From: Antedon mediterranea
Lineage: Eukaryota > Animalia > Echinodermata
DNA: 64,000 nt
Reading direction: 5' to 3'
Assembly: GCF_964355755.1 (NCBI RefSeq)
Contig: NC_092672.1
Location: 10,292,001-10,356,000, forward strand
Numbering within the stretch: the first letter of the stretch is position 1; each line of letters starts with the position of its first letter. The notes below the pieces were generated by a model that did not search any database, was not told the DNA's origin, and saw nothing but the letters and a program-made list of their open reading frames with translations. The position numbers and the translations under genes were made by a program. Positions 1 to 13,400 of the stretch are shown piece after piece.

Positions 1-70
1 AGGGATTTGAAACATGTTTTTGAAGACAATAACATAAAACAAATATGAACTGCTTATTCGTATACTATTA

Positions 71-1268
71 GTGGTGGCAGCTCGTAGACAAATGATGGCT
101 GCAGCTCATAGACAACTTGTTTATGCAGCTCATAGACAAATGATGGCTGCAGCTCATAGACAACTGTGGTTTATGCAGCTCATAGACAAATGGTTGCTGT
201 ACCTTTTAACCATACAGGTGATTGCAGCTCATATATATTGGGTAGTTGCAGACTATACACATGTACATGGTGGTTGCAGCTTGAGAACAACTATGCGGTT
301 GCAGCTTGTCCACCACTGTGTGATTGCAGCTTTTCCTCAACTGGGTGGTTAAATGCTTGTCCGCAACTGGGTGGTTAAATGCTTGTCCGCAACTGTGTGG
401 TGACAGCTAGTTCACACTTGGGTGGTAACAGTTTGTACACTACTGTGTGGTTGCAGCTTGTCCACAACTGGGTGGTTAAATGCTTGTGCGCAACTGGGTG
501 GTTAAATGCTTGTCCGCAACTGTGTGGTGGCAGCTAGTTCACACCTGGGTGGTAACAGCTTGTACACTACTGTGTGGTTGCAGCTTGTCCACAACTGTGG
601 TTGCCGGTTGTCCACTACTGTGTGGTAATACAGCTTGTCCACAACTGTGTGGTTCCAGCTTGTCTACGCCTGGGTGGTTACAGCTTGTCCACGCCTGGGT
701 GGTTACAGCTTGTCCACAACTGTGTGGTTCCAGCTTGTCCACAACTGTGTGGTTCTAGCTTGTTCAAAACTGTGTGGTTCCAACTTGTCCACCACTGTGT
801 GGTTCCAGCTTGTCCACAACTGTGTGGTTCCAGATTGTCCACAACTGTGTGGTTCCAACTTGTCCACCACTGTGTGGTTCTAGCTTGTCCACAACTGTGT
901 GGTTCCAGCTTGTCCACAACTGTGTGGTTCCAGCTTGTCCACGCCTGGGTGGTTACAGTTTGTTCAAAACTGAGTTATTGCAGCTTGTTCACAAATTGAT
1001 GGTTGCAGCTTGTCCATAACTGTGCGGATGAAGGTTGTTCACAACTGTGCAGTTGCAGCTTGTCTAATACTGTGTGGTTGCAGTTCGTCCACTACTGTGT
1101 GGTTGTAGCTAAACACACAGGTGGTTGCAGCTTGTTTAACTACTGGGTAGTTGCATCTTGTCAACAACTTTGGGTTGTAGCTTTTCACAACTGGGTGATT
1201 TCAGCTTGTAAACTACTGGGTGGTTGCAGCTTGTCCACAACTGCACAACTAGGTGGTTGCAGTTCATA
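71..1268. repeat. Minisatellite array, ~25-bp unit (consensus CAGCTTGTCCACAACTGTGTGGTT[C/G/A]), roughly 45-50 units
   Basis: The unit is directly visible. The core at ~640-955 is homogeneous and the flanks are diverged. The repetitive Cys/Val/Trp ORFs in several frames are artefacts of the 25-bp period. Confidence 0.95.
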
Positions 1269-1455
1269 AAAGAAAGGGTTAAACATACAAAAGCCCATGT
1301 TATAATAGTATGGTAGACAATGATAATATGTAATGTATTAAATTATATCCTCCATCTTCAACAAAAAGAAAATTCAATCCCTTGGCATAGCATACAATCT
1401 CTTCTTAAAGCTTCAGTACCAATTCAATGATTTCATTGGTCAATTCTTTGATTCA

Positions 1456-4400
1456 TTACAAGTCTTTACTGGTAACCTCTCTTATACCATGAACTAAAAC
1501 CGTAGGTGGAAGTTGATCTGTTAGAATATCTAACAAGTGTAAATATTGTAAATGTTGTGCAGTATCAGCAGGGGGTAAGGGCAAATAACAGAACGTCATA
1601 GCTGTATTCTCAACTTCTTGTTTGATTAACTGATTGATTCCTTTAAGATAGTCTGTTGAAATGTCTGTGATATGTGTTACAGGTAACTCATCCTCATTTG
1701 ACTCGGTTTCCGAATGTGTATTTAAACTTAACACGTGATCCCATTGTCGTGCATGAATGGTTGCTTTTATACGCAAATCTTCCAAGAATGATTTCAACTT
1801 TTTTTCCATCCTAATTTGCATTTCGATGTTTTGAGAATCAACACAAATAAATACACGCAATTCTGTGTGTTTATTCCACACAGGTACCATGTGGAGAACG
1901 CACGAAAGTTGAAGAAGGAAAATACATGCTGTGTCCAAATATCCTGCTGTTTCCGGTTTAAAGAAATTAATTGGCCAAACATCTATTGTTTTCTTTTCGT
2001 TCAAATGAAGAAGAGAATCACGATCAAAGTTTGCAATATGTCGGACGACACAAACACTCTTCTGTAACCGTATCGCGTCACTGATTATCATAACATATTC
2101 GCTGGCCGATAGCAGTTTGTTTTCGTTTTCTCTACGCAGAGGAGAGAATACTGGGCGGGCGTTTTCTTCTTCATCGGAGAAGTGAACTTTTTGAAAGTTC
2201 CCGAGTGCTAGACTATCCTCTTGTGGGTAATCGTCATAGAATCCAAGCACAATAGTGTTTACCTTCATTCCTACAGAAAAATTAGTTATCAATAACAATA
2301 CTGAGTACTGATTATTTGAAAATTGCTAATAATATATTAGTTCAAAAACAAACAGAATATGTATAAATTATATCACTATTATTGCAATACTATGAAGGTA
2401 ATGTTAACACTCAGCATAAATTGAACATTTAAAATCAGTTATGTTTTATGGGAGGATTAACCAAGATCATTTGGAGGAGGAAGAGGGATGTACGCCCCCT
2501 TAAAATCTGCCTTTAAAGCCATTGAGAGAAGACAGCCTTGAGTGATTGAAATCGTATGCTAATAGACTACAGGGACATTTATGATATACGATCAAGAGTG
2601 AGATACACAAATCAGATATCAAATTATTATGACCTCATTGATTCCGTTTCAATGACATTTTAAAAGCAATAATATAAACTTGTATATTACCTCCAAGTCC
2701 TGCAATTCGCATTAAGTGTTGTGCCCCTTCACGGATAGTCTGAGCCAGTGTAAGCTCAACGAAAGCCTTCACATGAAGACGATCTATCAACTCTAACCAC
2801 TGCCTATCCTCTCTGGTCACTGGATCCTCTGGAAAGTCATCCATTTTACCAATTTTGACATGGCCGAGTACGTACAATCCACTTTTTTTCATGTCATTCA
2901 CAAACCGAATCATATTACAACTAGATCGGGGGTTTGAGACTAGCAGTAACATTTGTGGTCGCCAATATTTGACATGCTCTTTGCGAATATCAAGACGGAG
3001 AAGATATTTCCTCACCTGTAATATAAATAAATAAACAACATTTTTTGATGAATGAGATTTTTAATTAATTAATTAATGCCTTGTTTTGTTTTAGATAAAT
3101 TAAATAGTAATACTTACAAAGCTCTGTCTACACTATCATACTTTATGTAACAAAAAAAATGTGATGTGCCCATATATGGATAGGATGATGTCATATTATA
3201 ACAACCATATTTAGGCACATCACTTTTTTTTTGTCAAGTGTAGAGAGAACTTTAGATATAAAGTATCATCCTTTACTGCAGAACAATTACTTAAGATACT
3301 AACTATACTAAAAAAAATATAATTTCATACTTGATGAAATATAAGAGCTTGACTGATGTAACCCCAGCTTGACTCGGACACTCTGAAGTGAATGTAAAGG
3401 AACAGGACAGCAAAGATGAGGATGCTCATCAGTGCCCAGACATAGTTAATAAAGAACATCATGACAATGGTGCCTAAGAAGCCAACCAATGCTGTGTGCC
3501 AGGAAAAATACTTGAAGGTTGGCCTGAATAAGATAAAAAAACTAACTTTAAGAATAAACAGTGGCATAATGCATGGAAAATATGGCCTCCCAATGGGTAG
3601 TTGCATTAAGGCTGCTCATGCACCTAGGTTTAACCACTTAACACTGTTTCTATTTAAAACAATTTAAAGTTATTGGGTAGAGAATTTTTTGCATGTAAAA
3701 TGTTTTGTTCTATTAATTGCAGTAAAAGACGGAGAAGTATTTAAAAAAATGTTGTTTAGATTCTGAACTCGGAAGTTACCATGCTGGGCAGTCTTCGAAG
3801 TTTTCCATAGCCACTTATAGAATAATCAAAGATAACTTTATTATAAATAAACGATTTCTTATTAAAAAAATCACCTGAAGTTTGGAGCTGAAGCGATGTC
3901 CAGGGCCATGCATGCTAGGTTGGTACAAGCATAAACGAGCATGAAAAGAACAGAGACAATTGGTGCAATGGCATTCAACTCACCAATAAAAAGAACACAC
4001 TAAAATGAAAAACAATAAATAAATACTGAATGTTAATATTCATATATATCTATGCAAAAATATTCAAATAATTCAATTGAATATTAGATGTCAACAACAT
4101 TGGTGCAATAATAAAACCATTTCACTATTAAAAAAAAATATTTTTAGTATCATGGAGTATTGGCAACTTTGTTTTCTGATGTTGAAATAAAATAAAAAAT
4201 AAACTAAAAAAAAGAAAAAAGATCATGTTATTTTTGTTCAATTTATAATGGAATACAGTGTAAAGGATCATATTACATGTATACAGTACAACATAAGCCT
4301 GGACTTGAATGGACTGGAAAATGGTAAATTTAAACAATGTCATTTTAAGCAAGTGTGTCGGCAAAATTTTCTGCACTTTGGTTGGTAAAATTAAGTGTTG

Positions 4401-7400
4401 GTCTCTGAGAGATTGTAATCAGCTTTCGGATTGAACTTTACTTGGTCAGTAGAGTCAGTATTCAGTAATATAGTCGATAAAATTGAATAAAACAAGGCTT
4501 TTGATGCCAAGTCTCTCAGCTTATCTTTCACTCTCTAATGCAACAAAGATTAAAAGTCTATGAAGACTAGACATTGTAAATAATAAAGTATTTTAAGAGC
4601 AATACAGAATTCCTGTATAATATGAACAGACAATAATCATGATGTTGTTTGCAATCAATTTAAGTGCTTTTTATAGGACATTCTCATGACTTTCACTTTT
4701 GCTGTTTTCTAATTAGTTCACAATGCCATTATGTATAAAGGTTAAACTAAACAATAAACTGAATCACTGTTACATTATATACAAATATTTTGCTTAATAA
4801 ATTGAATTAAATTGAAATCAAAATTTGAGTTGATTTTTATGAGAGAGGTCATAACAACAATATGATACAATGTGGCAATAAACTTACAATTTACACTTGT
4901 TCTTCTTTCTTTTTAATTAACTTTATCACATAGGCTATGTTTCTAAAATGTATTTGTCTTGTATCTTACCTGAACAAGAAACCAAGACACGATAACTGCA
5001 ACATATGGGTTATCATTGGCGGAAACACCAAGCTGAACTGGTTTCAAGATAATGCCTAAAATGAATTAATGGTTAAAATGATTACAATTACAAATTTATC
5101 ATTAACAAAATTAAATGAAATATAAAACAATTTCGTTTACAATCTACAGTATCTACAGTATTTGAATGAATTTGGGTTAAACATAATGATTTAAAATAAC
5201 AATGTTGCGCATTTTATTTGTTTAAAGAGTATTGTCCCCCAAAACATGAAAAAAACGAAGATTAATAAAATCAGATTTTGAATAGGCCATTTTGTAGTTT
5301 TAATAAAGTTAATCACTTCTGCAGAAAAAAAAATGTAAACAAATAATATTTTCCCTTATAGAAGGACAAAAAAAATGGTTAAATTCAACCATAAACCCTG
5401 AGTTTATTTTGGCAGCAAATTACAGTTTTTCAGGTAAATATTTTTTTTTTTTAATCCAATATTTTGTCAAAGTGAGTAACTAAAAATGTTTTTTCAAGGG
5501 GACAATATATATCTTTAAAACAAATGAAAATGTATTAAAAGTTACATTAATGAGCTGAAAGCATTTTTAAAAATAAAAGATGTGCTGAAAACATTGATTG
5601 AGTAAAGCCTGATAAAGATTCCACTGGGCATATATTCCACACTACAATCAACTGTCCACAAAACTAGACATTTTGTAATGTTCAAATCTATTTCAATGCA
5701 TTTTTAAAATCCAGATTATTTGGAATCAGGCTTTTTAAGCAAGCAAAATATTGTTCGGTTTTGAAAAGTTGATTGCAAAAAAAAGTTTGAATTGAAATAG
5801 ACACAAAATGGTAACATTGAAGCTTTGGAAAAAGATTATTTATTTTTTAAATATGATTAAAAACTCATGCACATGTACATACCAAAAATTTGATCCTTAG
5901 CTAGAGCCGATAAGATGCGTGAGCCACCGATTAACGTACTGAGAGCTGCGGACAGAGTAGCCGCAATTAGGCCGACAACGACCAAAGGCGGGAAGAAATT
6001 GATATTCTGCATAAATCCATAACTGAACAACAGCAATTCTCTGCAAATATCATTATAACCACTCAGGGTCAGAATACTCAACATTTTGTAAGAAAAGCAT
6101 GCAAATCTACAACTATATTCGACCCAATAAATTTTTTCAAAAGAAACCGAAACTGACCCTTTAATTAGATTGGCATAATGGATTTCTTCCCTCCACTGAC
6201 AGCTGCAGAGCTCAGAATCGCGATTTACGTTTCAATATTTGTACTATACTTTTGAGCATTTTCAGGTTTTCAAAAGTCTATTTGTATTTAGCAAATAATT
6301 TTGGACTTGTCTATGTGCATACAAGTTTTGTTTTTGTTTTTCTTGGTTGCTTTGTGATGATGATTATGACAATGATGCTGATTTTTATTTGGATGTTTTA
6401 TGAAAGACAGATGTACTTGAAATGCTAGATGGCTGAATGTTGTTAAGCTTTCTTTTTTCTTTTTTCTTTCTATCTATTACAGTATATATATTATATAGTC
6501 TGTTTAAGAATACTGTATATATCACTGAATTAACATATCATTTAAATAAAACTTTTCTTTGAAACAGAAGTTGCTTGTTTTTTTTTAAATTAAAAGTTGC
6601 TGGGTTTTTTTTTATTTAAAAATATCAAAATACTTCCGAAAAATAAAACAATATTTCTTTCTAGTTGTACAGTAATACAAATTAAAGATATGTGAATCTT
6701 TATAAACAAACACATGATGGTTTAGCAAAGAAACAACAATTAAAATCACATTGTTTACAAAACAAATCAACAAGTGAACAACAAGACAAAGTTAAAAGTG
6801 TGATAGTTTCATTAGTTAATAGTTGGTTTTAAACACAGTGAAAAATTTTAGAAACAATCTTTAACTTTGAAAGGTAACAGCATGATTTAAGACATTGGTT
6901 TACATGTGTATACAGTTTTTTTTTTAACATGACATAAAACAAATTAATAATAAAAACAAGAACAACTACAAACATAGAAAATACATATGATTGCAACAAC
7001 GGTTTGTGTGTTTTACAAGGGAGGAGTGAAATTACACTCTCCCCTGGTTTTACATTGTGCAGTGAATACTTTTAAAGGAAATACATATCTTGGTTATCAA
7101 ACAAAGTATGTTGAGTTGAAAATGTTACTACTTCACATGTAATGCCATGGTATTAATGTTAGGAGATGGATTTAAAAACCATGGAGGAAATTTCCATTAT
7201 GGCAAGACATACCAATCAGGTCATCTTTGGCGATAGCCTGGAGGATTCTAGAGGCACCAATTAAATTATTCATGGAAGCAGAGAGGGCTAGGACCATAGC
7301 CCCTACAGCTTCTAGTGGGGGGAAGATATTAATATCTTGTAGAAATCCAAAGTAATATTGAAGAAGTTCCCTATAAACAAAAGCATTTATAGACAATTTG

Positions 7401-10400
7401 CATTTACAGATTATTCTTAATTCTTATTCTAAATTGCAAATACAAAATAACAACAAAAACCCCACAAGTGGCATAGAAAACAAAAAAGAATAAATCCCCT
7501 GTGGTCCTGTGTCCCCTTACAAATTGTGAAGGGAGGTATTCATTTCCTGGGAAATAGGACAGTTTAAAAGCATTAAACAAAATAGAACATTGGAAATAAT
7601 AATTATTTTATTGTGGAAAATAGCATCAATGTATTAAAGACAATTTCTATTTCTCTGTGTAAGGTTTATATTTCTCTTGTTTTTTTTATTTGTTACTGTA
7701 GAGACTGATTTTTCATTTTTTTTTTCATTAAAAGATATTCTAAATGATGAAAGTAAACATGGGCTGGGGGTCAGGCAAAGTTTTTAGGAAATGTTGGGGA
7801 GAAATGATGTGGGGACGAGGATGTTAATTTGTTATGAATTCAATTATCTTTCCCCATGGTGTCTATGGTATAATTGTAATTTAAATGATACATTACCTTG
7901 AGCATGTGGCACCAACAAAGAAAGACAACATGACATAGATGAGAAACGTGAATACACATGCAATGATGGTACCAACAGGAATAGATCGGCTAGGCTCCTT
8001 CAAATCTCCTGAATCAAAAAATAATAAGAAAACTTGTTAAAAAAGGCAGAGCAGCTCTTTTCTTCTCTTCTCCGGCTTAACAAAATTTAAAATTCTGCTG
8101 CCTGTGTGTGTTCACTTACGCCCACCATCATATCACTTTTGTTATTATCGACCTTCATTCGCTTCCAATTAAACAACATATTAACTTTCCCATCTATCTT
8201 CAGTATACCACTCAACTTGTTTCGCGATATACGCTCCATTTCGTCGTCTTTGCTCCTCTGAAAAATCATTGCTATCTCTTCCCTGTTTCCAGACTAAGAC
8301 TTACGGTGGATGGTTTCTTTTGTTGCTTCTTTTCTTTGGAACGAACTCCCTCCTTTTGTAAAACTTTTACTCATTTAAGATTATTTTAAACTCAATTATT
8401 TAGCCAATTACAAAATACAATGCATGCAAGATCATCTTTTTTTAATTGACTCTAAATATGTTTGATTATTTACTTCCCAACTAACCACTTCCCCCCATAC
8501 AATGAGAGCCTGTAATATCTCCATTATACTTTACCTGACATGTTAGCCCCTGCCATGATCCCTGTACAGCCGTTAAAGATGACAGCAAATACTGCAGCAA
8601 AAGATAGTTGCTTGCCTGTAGTGTAATCTGTTGTGTAGTTGGCTGTTATTAAAACAAACAAAACATATAATAGATAGAAATATATTCTTGATTTATAACA
8701 GATACTATGATAACATGTTCAAATCGACAAGATACAGATTATCAAGCATATGTGGCATCTGCAAGGGAAACCAGACATAAGTCGGAATTTTCAAAATTGA
8801 GATATAAATAAATACTGAAACTACATAATCCAAGATTTAAAATGCTGAAAAAATTATCTTGATACCATGTCTACTTCCAGAGATATCTCAGTCTAAAGTT
8901 TTGGTTGTTACAATCAGTGTTTTGAGAAAAATGCTTTTAAAGTTAAGTAACAGGAAATAAAAACAACAACAAAAGAAACAGGGCGTCTAAGATTACGCCT
9001 TAGCAAAAGGGTATTCTAATTGTTTTATTTCAATGAAACTTCGCACCTTCCTTAATTAACTATTGTTCTACTATTATGCAAAATTTCATTAAAATCAACT
9101 TTCAATTTAAGCATAAAACATGATAGGTTTTATGAAAATCATACATAATTTACACCATCTTTTTAACCAACATACTAAACAAAATGTTAAAATGTATCTA
9201 TTTATTTGTTTTAAAATAGAAAAACACCAAGGTAATGTAAATAAATATTGTTTCAGCTATCATTTTCTGTAAATATAAAAAAATGTAATTTTTCAGACTT
9301 TTAATGTTTTTGGCTGTTTCTACAAATCTACAAATGATGTGCCACATATAATACTTTACTAGACGATCTACTGTAGTAATCTCTAAAGCCTTGTCTACAC
9401 TATCATATTTTATGTGAAAAAAAATGTGATGTGCCCATATATGAACATGATGATGTCATATCACTACCATATATGGCAATATCACTTCCATTTTTAGGCA
9501 TATCACACTTTTTTTGTCAAACTAGTTTGATAGTGTAGACAGAGCTTTTAATACTTTACCATCCAAATTTTCATTAAACGTCTGTGATGAAAACCCAGTA
9601 TAATTTGCATATCTGGATTCATTGCCTGATTCGTTGCCTGGCAAGAGTATCAACTTTGGATCGACAATAAAAAAGCTTAGTATCACTGAAAACAGCGCTG
9701 CCATTACGATAACGAATATAAGAAAGGATGTACGTGCAAACATCTTTGCCCCGATGAGACATACAATGAGGCAGAACAAAAGAATTGACGTAGAATACAG
9801 GAAATTATACCACTTTGAACTTGGAAGACCACCCATTACTAGAGAGCCTGTAAATAAGAAAACGAATTTAAATAATGTACTTTGCAAAATATTGCCACAG
9901 AGGGCGCATGTTGATATTTAGGCTAATGTCACAAGAATACAGATTTTTCTTTTTTTCATTTGTGAAGTTATTAATGAACCGATTTTCTTGAATTTCAATA
10001 GGCATATTCTGTAAGTGTAAACCTATTTACACCAAAATTCAGAATGATAATTTGAAAATTGTAGGTTTGCTAACAAACAAACAAAGCAAGTACAGTACTA
10101 TACTTTTGCGAAACTACTGGACAATGGATTTGTTTGCATTTTAAATAAAAATTACATAGGACTGAACTGTTGTTTTTTTATCAAAATTATTTTACATTTT
10201 AGTACCACAGGTTTATGATTATTTAACATGAAACCTATGAAGTTTTTTTAACCAGTCATTTTAAAAATGCAAATTAATGGATAATGTGCAGTTATTTTAC
10301 TCCTTTTTCTAAATTCAGAAATAGCCTAACTATTCTTTTATGATAGCATGATGCTGATTAGGCCAGCCTTGTAATCTATGTACCAGGATCTATGTATCCA

Positions 10401-13400
10401 TGGAGATATAAAATGTATCTAGGGCCTAAGTATAACCATGATTAGAGTGGCTTTAAAGAACACTTGACCTTGTGACCTCAAGATTAGCGAACAATCAACA
10501 ACACTGTATTTTGTCTGTGCCTGTATTCTATTGTATCCCATGCTATTTTTCTTTATTGTAATGTGGTATTTTTTTTTGATAACTTGTTTTATGGTATCTG
10601 CAGTTGATGTATTGTATGAGGAGACCATCTGAAACATAATTTAAATGTTTCTCTCACCATTTTCTCCAAAATTATCAACAATCGCTTCAGTAAGCCCAAT
10701 GCAATACAACGCACAGGAAAAGACATTAGCCACAAAGAAGAGAACGCCAATACTGCCTCCAAATTCCGGTCCTAAAGCTCTGCTAATCATGACTGGAGAT
10801 AAATTAAGGTACAAAACAAGAAAATTCAAATTAATCACATTTGTTGTAAATAATAGGATTATTAATTAAAAAAAATTGGTTCCCAAAAGTGGTCTATAAT
10901 TGGAGACCTGTAGCTAATAATTATGAGCCCTCATCAATACAAAAAAAATCTCAAATCTTGGGAAATGAAATTTGGCCTAATATGTAGGCCTACGTCTACA
11001 GTTAATCTTCACCGCGAAACCCCAAAATAGCTTTATTGTGAAAGAGATACTGTATCATTCAGAAAACACCATGGTTCAAATTGAAAAAAAAATACAATAT
11101 AAACATAAGAAGAAGGATACAGTAAGCTCCGCCTCCTTCGATAGCTCCATTTGTTGAAATTGCACAGATGGACAGGACTGTGAGAAAGACAATGAAGTAA
11201 CCAATCAGGAACATCAACAAGGTGTCAATCAAACCAGCTTGACCAACAGCAAAACCTTGAGGAGTAAATAAAATTTAATTAAAATTCAATGCAAAACAAA
11301 GACATAATTTGTGGCAGGGAGAGAAGCCATTCGATAATAATTTTTTGATTTAAAATAGACAATAGAATATTATATTTTTTGGATTACTGTATGTTTTTGA
11401 GTATTGTTGTATATTATCATTTGTGCTCAATAATGCTAAATATACTGTAGTTTTGTTTTTTTTTATATATATTTCTGTTTAATTTTAACGTTTAACTCTC
11501 TTGATATCGGTTCTGTATATGCATCAGCATGTGACAATGTGGTTTAAGAGGGACTTTCAAGGACAAATAAATAAGCATTATTTTACATTGATAAGAAATG
11601 TTACGGCAAACAGGTTTATATGCACAATGAGTAATTATGAAATATGAAGGTGCAAAGTGCAAAAGGGTACTTTTAAAGATGTATTTTCCCCCTGTAAAAA
11701 ATATTTTTTTGTTGAATATTAAATTTTATTTTTATTATTATTTTAATTTTTATATTTCAAAAATTGGATCGAAAAAAAATGTATTTACCTGAAAAAAACT
11801 GTAATTTAAAGCAAAAAATTGTCAAATTGGCTGCCGGCCAATGGTTTTTGGTGAAATTTAACCATTTATTTTGTCATTTTATAAGTGAAAACATTATTTT
11901 TTTTTCATTTTTTTTTCTACGGTTCAAGTGATTCACTTTATTAAAACTACAAAATAACATGTTCAAAGTCTGATTTAATTAATCTTCGTTTTTCATGTTT
12001 TTGGGGGACAATACATCTTTAAAAACAAACTTGAATTGGGAGTTAATACAGATCTTTTAAAAGGGGTTTCATAGGCATTCTCCGGGTCTTGTACATGTAA
12101 TAATTTATATAGCAATATAACATTAGTTGATAATTAACTGTTTAATAATTCTATTTAGTTCTAACAATAACATGCTACAGTGTATATAAACCCGTTATTT
12201 TACAATGTGTTGCAACCAAAGAATAAAGCTCTGTCTACACTTTAAAATTCAAACTTCATGTGACTAGAAATGTGATGTCATATCACTACCATATCTGGGC
12301 ACATCACACTTTTTGTCAGCTTTAAAGAGATAATTTATTTCCTCAATGGTTTATTTAAACGGTATTATATTTCATAAACACATAACACAATAATAATTCC
12401 TGATTTAATAATATAATGATCTAAAGCCTCAATATGCTTTTACAGTTTCATTATTTATTTAGAGTTAGACAGAGGTAAACTTTCACATTTCTGATTTCAA
12501 AAGTAATTTATATACAATCTAGGATTTCTATAGAAATCTACACTATCAAATATTTATATAGTTGATCCCTTTTAATCCTGGCAAGTTAAACATGATTGAG
12601 GAAGTAAAAATGTTCTATTTTATGATCTTGGATACTATATTACACATGAGTCCTACTTATATCATTAGATTTGCACCAAGTCTGTAGTGAGCTCAAATAT
12701 TATATGTATGAAACACCAATATGCACCAAAATAATATCTTTTTGCTATTAATTCAAAATACGGTCTAAAACCTAGACTACTATGTCATCATCTGTAACAT
12801 TGAATGGATTCATCATGGTTTTAAAAGGAATGGGTTTTATACCAGAGTTGTCAACGTCTTCAATCTTAAAAAGTGTATTCCTTGAAAGAAAACTGAAAGC
12901 TTGTCTTGTCTTTTTTAGCACAAGGCTGGGAGGATTATTTACTATTATGAGGCCTTGAATTATGTAACTTAATAAAGTCATAAAAACCATATGTATTTTG
13001 CTTATTGTTTATTGCATGGGTCCTGTTTATGCTGTAAAAAAAAACCAATTAATAACCATGTGAAAATTACTCCAATTTCTTTGCAGCAGAAACAGGACAA
13101 ATTGGATACCAATTACTGTATATTCAACAGTACTACTTGCTGAGGGTTTCTTTTTGACAGAATTTCCTCTGAATAAACCCAATTACCAGGTTATGTAAGT
13201 TTGCAGTGTGTTTTATATAATTTTATTTATTCTATATTTCAATTGAAAATCTGAGCAAACAGACATTTTTACGATGTTAACAACTGTTGGTTTTGTTTTT
13301 ATGTCAATTTTAGTATAGGCCTATTGTTTTATATCTTTATCTCGGTTTTTTTTTTTGTACCTTTTGTAAACTCATAAGATTTTCAACTTTTGTTGCATTT

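Noticed and set aside
640-955. Iron-responsive-element-like hairpins (CCACA-CAGU-UGUGG on the minus strand)
   Set aside because: The loop is not CAGUGN and there is no bulged C with a lower stem.
71-1269. Cys/Trp/Val-rich ORFs on both strands, and a CRISPR-like look
   Set aside because: They result from a 25-bp tandem repeat open in several frames. There are no unique spacers or cas genes, and the DNA is eukaryotic.
8748-9349. Possible element bounded by ATATGTGGCA / TGCCACATAT in an SLC12A9 intron
   Set aside because: Only ~10 bp of inverted match and no second copy in the window to support it.
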